DNA of 64,000 nt from Octopus sinensis (Eukaryota): assembly GCF_006345805.1 (NCBI RefSeq), contig NC_043006.1, positions 59,334,001 to 59,398,000 of the forward strand, in the 5' to 3' direction. The notes under the pieces were generated by a model that saw only the letters and a program-made list of their open reading frames with translations, did no database searches and was not told the DNA's origin. Position 1 is the first letter of the stretch. The number at the start of each line of letters is the position of its first letter. Shown one piece after another: positions 53,909 to 64,000 of this stretch. Made by a program: the position numbers and the translations under genes.

Positions 53909-53992
53909 TCGGCTGATGAGTACGAGCCACCTATATTTACTGCAATTTTTGTAGCTTATTAAAGATGTCCTCGTACGAAACAATTGTACCGA
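53909..53992 (+). ncRNA. Type I hammerhead ribozyme motif with intact core
   Basis: TCGG-CTGATGA-GTACGAG-(43 nt)-CTCGTAC-GAAAC-AATT-GTA-CCGA. Predicted cleavage after 53988. Confidence 0.75.
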
Positions 53993-54389
53993 TATTTTGA
54001 TCCATTCTTGTTGCTTTTTTCCTATATATATATACGCATCACATGATATCGGTACTTGTTGTACGATACTTGTACATTACATAACAATTGATGAATGTGA
54101 GTTTAATGTCTTTGCCCTTATTTGCATTTCTTGTCGTAACGCTATCTTTTTTCTGGAATCGCAGGTAGCAAATTATCCAGTTGCTTTTTAAATACACCTA
54201 CATTCGCTCCGTATAAATTTCTCAGTTTCTTCGTCCACGATAATTATTTAAAATCTGTGGTTTTTCTGACTCTAAGATGGTGTAATATGTAATCCTAATT
54301 CTCGCACTTTCATCTAACTGTCTGTTTTATTTTGAAAATACGGTATCAACTGAACCTAAAATATTATGGTGAAACTATTTTTCATATTA

Positions 54390-54722
54390 TCTTGTGGGTG
54401 GATTTGGTACTATGGAAACTGAAAGAAGCCCGTCGTATATGTATGTATCTGTGTGTATATGTGCGCGCGCGTGTGTGTATGTCTGTAGGTGTGCGTGCGT
54501 GTGTGTATGTGAGTGTGTCTGTGTCTGTGTTGTCCCCCGCTACCGCTTGACAACTGGTGTTGGTATGTTTAGGCCCCCATAACTTAGTAGTTCTGTACAA
54601 GATACTGATAACATAAGTACCAGGCTTTAAAGATATATATATTGGGTCGATTTATTCGACAAAAAATTCTCCAAGGTGGCGCTCCAGTATGGCCGCAGTA
54701 TCATGACTGATACAAGTAAACG
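54390..54722 (+). mobile_element. SINE family A, 3' part
   Basis: GGAAACTGAAAGAAGCCCGTCGTATA..CCAGTATGGCCGCAGT. Confidence 0.85.
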
Positions 54723-55259
54723 ATATGAGATAATAGTTGCGGACCCTTCAAACCCAAGCTGTTACAATACTGGAGTACAGATAGAGAAGCCAGGACTTTT
54801 TGGTATTATGCAGTGCCTTCCAGTTCGGTGGTCGCTATGGCTTTTAATTCCAAAGTTGGGAGTTAGACTTCCAGGATATTCCATATGTATATCACTGCAT
54901 GTCTTTCACGCCAACTCTCTCTTGGGATCAATGCTTCAGTTCCCTTAGACTCTTCCAGTAGCTCATCTCTCTAATAGAATCTATCTTCTTTGTGTGGTGA
55001 CGCTGGATTGCCCTCCATCCAACTATCCGACTGAACACGTATATAATTTCCTCAAATATATACACGAATCTACTTTCCGAGATAGAGTTTGTGAGACAGC
55101 TAGATAGACTAATATTGTGAACTGATATTTTGACTTCAAACAGGAGCCAAGCAAATTGCTGCAGGCAAAAATACTATTTTCTTGTTAGCTTTCTCGACAG
55201 AGTTTGTTTACTTAATATCTGCCACCACAAAAACAACATATGTATATAGCCATGTATAC

Positions 55260-55293
<34 letters not shown>

Positions 55294-55589
55294 ATTATAT
55301 ATATATATATGCGCTTACATATATAAGTGTGTGTGTGTATTTGTTTTGCAGGATTCCTGATCTGAAATCGTATGTTGAAATATATATATATATATATGCA
55401 TATACACACATGTATCATACAGACACTCTTGTTATTTCTTGAGGTGTAAAAATGTTCGTCTTTTGTCTGAGTGAAACATGGCTGGCTGCTTGCTGAAACG
55501 TAGCTGCTGGTAATGTGTTGATAAACTTCAAAATGTTTGTCTCTCTTCGTTTTACTGCCGTTGCCTCTTTCTTAATCTTTCGATGGCCC

Positions 55590-55650
55590 GATAACTGAAG
55601 AGAAGCCGGCGTGGGTTTCCGCTCCGACATCCGAAACTCGGGGTTTTATC
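55590..55650 (+). ncRNA. Degenerate hammerhead motif
   Basis: GATAA-CTGAAGA-G..CGG...CCGACATCC-GAAAC-TCGGG-GTT-TTATC; stem II partly mismatched. Confidence 0.45.
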
Positions 55651-55924
55651 ATAGCTACCGAATAATTGTCACATTATATTTACAGATAAATTCCTTTATT
55701 TACATAATATCGAGGTCTCTTTCTTTCTTTTGTTGTTTTGCCATTTTTATCAATATATACGTATATATATATATAACAGACGAAAACTTTGATCGTTCAA
55801 CAAGTAATGAAAAGCTGAATATATCAATAGATTCTGTGTATTCTTAAATGGTAAAGACGGTTCTTCCACAACTTTAACTTTGTTACTTCTAATGATTAAA
55901 AATAAAAGAATAATAACGACAATC

Positions 55925-56174
<250 letters not shown>

Positions 56175-56868
56175 GCACGAAGCTTTGTCAGTGAACAGGT
56201 CGCAGTCTCAAAGCGACGAAAATATTTTGAGAAAATAAATTTAAATGTTGAAGTGAATCTAACGGTTTTGTGTGTTTTCTTAAAAGGCTTATAAACACCT
56301 TCCACGCTTCAATTGTTATATATACATATATATATAATATATATATATATATTATATATAATATGTTATATTTCGAATGTCATATTGCCAGTTTAGCCAA
56401 TAAAAACACACGCACTATATATTTGGTGTTATTTTGCTTCAGTGTTATTTATTTTTTACATTAATCTTAATCTTATTTCGGCCAGAGTTCTTTCGTCACA
56501 CTCCTGTGACCGCATCAGTGGTCCTTTGTTTTCTTCTTTCTTATTTGAGCCTCTCCTTACTAACCGTCAGCCATTTTGTATTTCTATTGTATGTCTTCAT
56601 TTGCGCATGCTTATATCTCTATGTGCGTCTATGTTTATTTAGTGTGTGGGGGGGGGATGCCTGTAATTTTTGTGTCTTCTGTTTATATATGTTCATGTAA
56701 TTTGCATTTTGTTTTTGTTGTTTTTGTTTATTCTTATTTTGTTCATGTGTTTACATCCACTTATTATTATCATTACATATGTATGTATGTATAACAACAA
56801 TACTAGTAATAATAATAATGAATCGAATCGAAAAAAAAAAAAATATATATATATATTCTTTCTTCCAG

Positions 56869-56999
56869 TGCCAGTTGTGGTTGTGAAAACTCCTTCATTA
56901 GCAGTGTTCAACGTTTTGATAATTTGTGTGATGTTACCTGTCAGTCTTCTCCTCCAGACAGATGTGGAGGTGCAGGTGTAGTATCCGTTTACGATACAG
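56869..56999 (+). CDS. WSC gene exon: WSC3 second half (phase 2-1)
   Basis: ttctttcttccag|...|gtaagc; ASCGCENSFISSVQRFDNLCDVTCQSSPPDRCGGAGVVSVYDT, with the canonical CxC..C...C..CGG..SVY pattern. Confidence 0.9.
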
Positions 57000-58325
57000 G
57001 TAAGCTATCACAGTTTTCGCAGACGCTTGATATCGATGCCGAGAATGTTGAAATTGAGACCCTCTACGAGTATAAGAATGACTTCTTTTAAAAATCAAGG
57101 TCTCGGATTCAATTTTGAAATATTCATCCGTTGAAATATGACTTCAGTTGAAGATCGATATTCAAAGAGATAGAAATGTTGTGTAGGTGTCAATTTTGAA
57201 AAATACTTTATTTCTAAACCTGAAAAACAAATATGCATTCGCTGTTTTAAACATGATACTAACAACTATTAACTAAACACTCGGCCACAAGAGTGCCCCT
57301 GTGTGGTCACTTAAACTGCAAAATATAGCAACAAATTCACATACTACCATCTTGGAATAGGAGTGAACATATTGGATTATATATTGCCGCACTACATCGC
57401 ACTCGCTAACATTTTATATGTTAGACTAATAACAAGAGTGAAAAAGCCAGTAGTGTCGGAGTGAGTGTGAAAAAGAGGGAGGAAAAGAAAAGAGGGAAAG
57501 GGAAAGAGAGGGAGAGAGAGTTGGAAGGGGAAGGAAGAAAGGGAAGAGGAACGTAAGTTGAGAAGGAAGGAAGGAAGGAAAGAAGGAGAGAAGTTCAAAG
57601 AGGCGTCAGCGACGGAATGGTCTGATCTTCATACCTGGCTCTTTTTTAAATCTGTCTATTTCAGGTTTTACATAAAGTTCTCAGCATTACTGGCCCATTT
57701 CGTAGTTGTGTCACTATATATATAAAAATGAATTATCCTATTCTGTGATACGTACTTACATCCAGGCCAACTGGACCGTGTCAAATGTGTTAGTCCTGGA
57801 TAGATCTTAGTCCCAGTGATATGACAGGAATCCGGCTGATGGTTTTCTGCCTCACCAATTAAGACTTTTGCATCAAATTTGCAACAAATCATCATAGCAA
57901 GTATAACTGCCTGTCTTCGTAATTTTATTTATTTTTCATGTGTTCAGCTGTGTCACGGGTGACAGATTTCGAATAAAACAGGCACTAGATCACTTATAAT
58001 TAGTCTTTATTTACCCCGGAAGGATGGCTACCTAAGTTGACTCCATTGGGATTCGAACTCAAAATTTAGAGCATCAACATATTTTAATCTGGTGTTTAGT
58101 GTTTCTTTCAAGTGATATTTAGGCATTGATATGAGATATATTTGTTATTATTGAACCCATTAAATTACTGGTCCTTATTTCATTGATCCTGTATGGAGGA
58201 AAGCCAAATAAAATTCCATGCCTGATAAAAACTAAATCGCTTTAATTCACTATACAACTATTTCTGACAACTCTCCTTTTGGCGCGCCTGCGCCTAGTGA
58301 AGAGTCACTCCTAGAGGAAAGTTAT

Positions 58326-58558
58326 AGGCGCATGTGCGGCTGTGTGGTAAGAAGTTTGCTTTGCAATCACATGGTCCAGGTTCAATCCCACTGTGTAGCA
58401 ATCCCGGGTTCAATCCCACTATATAAGACGTCGCCGATAAAAACCTTATGAATGGAATTGTTTCGTGAGATAAAAACTGAAAGAAGCCAACTCTCTCCCT
58501 CTCGTCTCTCTCTTTCTCTCTCTCGCTCTCTCCTTCTCTCTCTCTCTCTCTCTCTCCA

Positions 58559-58597
<39 letters not shown>

Positions 58598-58752
58598 CAC
58601 GTGTGGTGGTAGGGGTGCGTGTGCATGTGAGTGCGTGTCTTTGTGATGCTTGTCCCTCATACCGCTTAACAACTGGTGTTCAACTAAGCCCTTCACAGCA
58701 GTGAATGAACATGTCCGTAGTCCAATGACTGCGTCGAGTAAAATAATAAAAG
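58326..58752 (+). mobile_element. Decayed SINE family A
   Basis: GGCGCATGTGCGGCTGTGTGGTAAG..GGTTCAATCCC. Confidence 0.75.
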
Positions 58753-58906
58753 ATTATTTTTAGCTATATTCAAACCTCAATAACACAACTTACTCACCCA
58801 ATTGTAAGATTTATACATAAGATATAAGATGAAAAAAACAGTGCCAATACATCACTATCGCTGTATATTGCTTAGAAAATAAAAATAATCTGCTTCTGTT
58901 TTTCAG

Positions 58907-58957
58907 CCATTCAAACCCGGAAGGTCGACCTTTCTGGAGTAGACAGTGAAGCCAGAG
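58907..58957 (+). CDS. WSC gene candidate stalk exon (phase 1-1, AIQTRKVDLSGVDSEAR)
   Basis: tctgcttctgtttttcag|...|gtatct; open in the required frame. Confidence 0.55.
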
Positions 58958-59429
58958 GTATCTGCGGTTTAGTCTCCTTTTATCTATATAATAATTGATT
59001 TTGAATTCTCTTCATATCTCCATAAGTGTCAGTATTTGATTTATTCAAGCCTAGAGTAAAACGTTTGAAGTAGTCATTCCAAAACAATTGGACGCATGAT
59101 GATAATAACAATAATAATATTAATAAAAAAAAGCGTTGTCTTGTTTTAGAGAAAATTCTTTAGTGAAAATAACGTCAATACTCTCACACCTACGAACGTT
59201 AGGTAGTAGTTTGTACTGACTAATGTTCGTTCCAAGACTAAAGTGAAGACTAATGCTTTCTTGCTTCTCAAACTGCAGTTCTTCCCTATCATCTCGTACT
59301 GGCATGATTCATCACTTATGCTAAAGTAAGACGAGGTAATAATAGACCATTGTGCGAAATATAATTCCCTGTCTGCTGCATCCGTAATTTTACATAATTT
59401 TATGTGATCGGTCCTTGTCTTTGATACGA

Positions 59430-59511
59430 TATATATATATATAATATAGCATATACATATATATACATATAATATATATATATATCTATAATATAATATA
59501 TATATTATATA

Positions 59512-59587
<76 letters not shown>

Positions 59588-59588
59588 A

Positions 59589-59619
<31 letters not shown>

Positions 59620-59628
59620 AATATATAA

Positions 59629-59673
<45 letters not shown>

Positions 59674-59910
59674 TATGTATACATATACATATATATATAC
59701 ATATATATATGTACACATATATATACATAAGTATATATACGTATATTATACACAATATGCATTTGCATACATACACTCGCGTGCGCACACACATTATTGC
59801 ACACATATATATACATATATATTCGATTGGATGTCGATGCTACAACGAACAAACTTTTTTGTCACTGGTTGTTGATGCTATTTCTGCTGCTACTGTTACC
59901 GTTACTACTA

Positions 59911-59957
<47 letters not shown>

Positions 59958-59958
59958 G

Positions 59959-59999
<41 letters not shown>

Positions 60000-60000
60000 A
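59430..60000. repeat. (TA)n-rich tract and (CTA)n array
   Basis: Directly visible. Confidence 0.9.
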
Positions 60001-60329
60001 AATGATAAATGAGGTAATAATTGAGAGAGAAAGCTAATGACAGCGTGCGGAAGACAGATTGCCGCACATACACATGTATATAGGTATATAGTTACATATG
60101 TATATAGATATATATGCATATACATGCACATATAGATATATAGATATATATACAAATACATGCACACACAAATACATGCATACGTACAGGCATATGTGTA
60201 TATATTCTGTATATGTTATTTAACGGGATATTCTGTAAAAGAACAAACGCGTCGTTTAGAGAACAGTGCTAAAAAGCAGGGAAGTGTATGAGTAATAGAA
60301 GCAAAGCGTCCAGAAACTTTCTCAAGTCA

Positions 60330-60640
60330 AGAAAGCTATTGCAATTTTTAGTGTCCAAAATCTGCAATTCCTGTTGATATATACCTATTTTATCAAAGAT
60401 TGGGCAATTCGAAATCATTGTTGCTTGTTCTCTCACGATCTCCGTATACTCTGCAACTTATATTTGTATTCCGCTTCAACATATATTTTTGGTACTTTCT
60501 GGTGGGGAGAGTTTTGTAACTTTTGCTATAATGTAACACTGTTGCGTCTTTGTTACGTCTACTATGACTCTTAGCCACAATATTTATACATGTCTGGTAT
60601 TGTCAGCTGTTGCTCATAAGGATTTTCTTGCCAATGTTTT
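60330..60640 (-). mobile_element. Degraded RLE LINE fragment
   Basis: TLPTRKYQKYMLKRNTNISCRVYGD is homologous to SLPTRNYQ..NITSNCR at about 52760-52820. Confidence 0.65.
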
Positions 60641-60878
60641 AACATAACATTTTGGAATTCAAAAACAGAAATGATAGCTGAGTGGAGGTGCTTGTCTCCC
60701 TCTTGTAAACATAAGGACTCAGGAAATGTATGAAGGCTGACAGGAAGCGGAGCTGCTTCCTAGGTCTAAATAGCAGTAGTATTATTCCCTTCATGGGACT
60801 GTCACATTAAGTTGACAGCATACAACTACTTTATTTTGAAATTCAATTTTCATTAATCTTTTATCTTTGTAATAGTTT

Positions 60879-61080
60879 AGGCGCAGGAGTGGCTGTGTGG
60901 TGAGTAGCTTGCGTATGAACCACATGGTTCCGGGTTCAGTCCCACAGCATGGCACCTTGGGCAAGTGTCTTCTACTATAGCCTTGGGCCGACCAAAGCCT
61001 TGTGAGTGGATTTGGTAGACGGAAACTAAAAGAAGCCCGTCGTGTATATATATATATATATATAATATATATATATATAT

Positions 61081-61116
<36 letters not shown>

Positions 61117-61370
61117 GTGTGTGTGTGGTGTGCGTATGTGTGTGTGTGTTTATATGTTTGTGTGTCTGTATTTTTCCCCCTCCCCCAACATCGCTTGACA
61201 ACCGATGCTGGTGTGTTTATATCCCCCGTAACTTAGCGGTTCGGCAAAAGAGACTGATAGTATAAGTACTAGGCTTACAAAGAATAAGTCCTGGGATTTG
61301 ATTTGCTCGATCGACTAAAGGCGGTGCTCCAGCATGACCACAGTCAAATGACTGAAACAAATAAAAGAGT
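60879..61370 (+). mobile_element. SINE family A, full length
   Basis: Complete copy. Confidence 0.95.
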
Positions 61371-61643
61371 AGTTTCTCATGTTATTTACCAACGTTCGAC
61401 TTGATGAATACTTTATACTTGATGAATACGTTGAAAACATAAAACATAAAAGAGGAAAATATATTTGTGAGAAAGAAAGATAAGTCTTGAAGATTGAGGT
61501 AGTGATTACCTGACTGCTGTTGCACTCTCGAGGGCCGTTTATAATTCTCTAAGTTAATTCATTATCATTGAAAGCAAAAACAGAAATGCAAAGCGAATTA
61601 TGGATGAAGAATGTCTCATACATACCTACATACATATATATAT

Positions 61644-61711
<68 letters not shown>

Positions 61712-61852
61712 CTTTGATACTTTGATAGGTTTCGGCCATTATTGGCCCAGGCCATGTCTAACTTAATAGCACACACCTGGTGAGTCTTTCAAGTCAGAAT
61801 TTGGGCACTATGGCCCACTCAAGTAGAGAGTTATTGTTTACAGAGACATATC

Positions 61853-61952
61853 NNNNNNNNNNNNNNNNNNNNNNNNNNNNNNNNNNNNNNNNNNNNNNNN
61901 NNNNNNNNNNNNNNNNNNNNNNNNNNNNNNNNNNNNNNNNNNNNNNNNNNNN
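61853..61952. other. Assembly gap (100 N)
   Basis: N run. Confidence 1.
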
Positions 61953-62502
61953 GGTTTAGCAAAGATTTACCTCACCACACACCGAATTTAGAAATAGCAG
62001 TCAAAGAAGTTTTTGGTTCTATCTCTTTCTACTTTTAAGTGCTGGGTTTTACTGGGATTTCCCTTTTAAGTAGAAAGAATAGCCAAAACTCTTTGACTGT
62101 ATTTCTACTTCGGTGTGTGGTGAGGCCAAATCGTTGCTAACCCTTAATTACTTATATTACTTAAACCTTCCTTGAATGGGGCTTTTACATGCCGAAATCT
62201 ACTTGGTGAAATTAATGATTATTCCAAATTAATTAATTTCACCCTATATTATTATATGTATATATATATATATATATAAAGGACTGACCACTCAAAAAGT
62301 GGACGGTCAACATGCTAGATATAGACGTCAAATCGCTATTTTCCACAAAGACTATGTTCTCAAATAAAAACTCAGCACAAAACCAAAGCATTAAATATAT
62401 TAAAAAATATTTTATTTGAGAACATATTCTTTGTGGAAAATAGCGATTTGACGTCTATATCTAGCATGTTGACCGTCCGCTTTTTGAGTGGTCAGTCCTT
62501 TA
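61953..62502. repeat. Two hairpin elements (61953-62142 and 62277-62502)
   Basis: The first is homologous to 8570-8760. The second has about 92-bp arms with few mismatches. Both are associated with (TA)n. Confidence 0.9.
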
Positions 62503-62916
62503 AATTTTGTATGTAAAAATATTTTAATCTTCGGATTTTTTAATATGCTGGGCCACTGGTTTTAATTGATTAATATCAATTTCTACCCTTATTAAATTTT
62601 ATATATATATATATCACGTGATCCCGTGACCGAATAGGCTATCAGATGTTGCTACACCTCGCTGGTAACAGTGTGGTTGCACCTAACACCTGGTGAGCGG
62701 AACACTTCCCTTTTGTACGAAATTGTCTTTCATTCTAAGCAATCATCATAGAGTTGAAGTGGAACACACAATTATCTCATATGATACATTAATTCTATTT
62801 TTAAGACAATATTTTATAATGCATTCAGTATTTAGTAAAGCAAATCCTTGTATATTACTATTAATTTCAAACTGTTTTTTGCAATGCTAATTGTTCCGAA
62901 TATCAAAATATTGCAG

Positions 62917-63005
62917 AGAAGAAAAGCAAAGCACTGATATATGCCCTGACACCTCTTGCAGTTTTGTTCTTCATGTTTGTTGGGTGTATTTTAATTATAG
63001 ACAAG
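62917..63005 (+). CDS. WSC gene candidate transmembrane exon (phase 1-0)
   Basis: gctaat...atattgcag|...|gtaaga; EKKSK-ALIYALTPLAVLFFMFVGCILII-DK, a 23-aa hydrophobic stretch. Confidence 0.65.
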
Positions 63006-63387
63006 GTAAGATTCTTAGTATTTTCCTATTTTCTCACAATTGTGCTCTTCATCTCAACAACACCAAATCCTCACAAAAAATGGAATACCGCTCACACATT
63101 TAGGCAGTGCCTGTCAACATGTACAGAATCGAATATGAAGCCTTGTTGGTATAGAGATCTTATACATGAGTATATACTGTATATGTGTGTGTTTGTGTGT
63201 GGTTGTGGTCAAACATTTTAACTGTTAGTTTTTTTGTGTCAGCAGCTACGTGTTAAACTTCTGTGGTGTTTGATGGTTGCAAAAATAATCAAGCAAATAG
63301 ATTCAAATACATACATTAAAATAATTAACATGAGTCTATTTACATAAAAACTATCGGTCAAAAGAAAAAGGCTAAAGCTGGAACAAA

Positions 63388-63700
63388 GGTGCAGGTGTGG
63401 ATATGTGGTAAGAAGCTCCCTTCCCAATCACATGGTCCTGGATTCAGTCCCACAGCCTAGCTCCTTGGGTAAGTGTCTTCTACTATAGCCGCGGGCCGGT
63501 CAAAGTCTTTTGAATAGATTTGGTAGACGGAAACTGAAAAAAGCCCGCCGTATGTATATATATGTGTATATATTTGAGAGTGTTTCTGTCTTTGTCCCCC
63601 CCCCACACACACACCATCGCTTGAGAAACGATGTCGGTTTGTTAATGTCCCCGTAAGTTAACGAATCGGCAAAAAAGACCGATAGAATAAGTACTAAGAC
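63388..63700 (+). mobile_element. SINE family A (older copy)
   Basis: GGTGCAGGTGTGGATATGTGGTAAG..GATAGAATAAGTACT. Confidence 0.85.
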
Positions 63701-64000
63701 CAAGAGTGAGAATTAGTGGTATGTCCCCATTGACCGAAAAGGCATGAGGCTGAAAGGATAGTGGCCTAAAGTCTCCGGTAGAACCATTTAATCCGGAAAG
63801 GGTAGTATTTTCTAATTCTCGTATAGGAACTTATCCATATATTTACAACCGCTGAAAATTTCAGACCTGGTATTTAGCAGTGCGTTAGAGTTCTTAGATC
63901 TAAAAAAGGGTCTGTGTTTTTTCAGCAACGCATAGCTTACATTCTTTTGATCCATTGATATATGGTGTAAACTTTTCATCTATTTTCCACATCATATATA

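Noticed and set aside
57668-57895. Minus-strand ORF with a GTAAGT donor
   Set aside because: No recognisable domain, acceptor or partner exons
59150-59330. Acceptor/donor-like sites at 59149/59151 and 59278
   Set aside because: The best acceptors give stops in the required phase. The open alternative needs an unfavoured distal AG. Unresolved without RNA data.

Overview
AT-rich eukaryotic DNA saturated with microsatellites and transposons. The SINE/LINE repertoire and the (TA)n/(TACA)n density suggest an octopod cephalopod; this is inferred, not database-confirmed. Almost all entries in the supplied ORF track are microsatellite or SINE read-through. Reading splice sites by hand reveals a + strand multi-exon gene that the ORF track mostly misses (about 22.5-63.0 kb, both ends unresolved). 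It encodes three tandem WSC domains, each split by an identically placed phase-2 intron, plus micro-exon linkers and a single transmembrane exon. The introns and flanks hold at least four tRNA-derived SINE families, RTE, CR1-type and R4/Dong-type (RLE) LINE fragments, DD37D (maT) and mariner relics including fold-back mariners, non-autonomous Helitrons and MITEs. They also hold a population of (TA)n-anchored hairpin elements, some carrying hammerhead-ribozyme motifs typical of Penelope-like elements, with one intact core at 53909-53992. There is one 100-N gap. No CRISPR array, rRNA or genuine tRNA gene was found.
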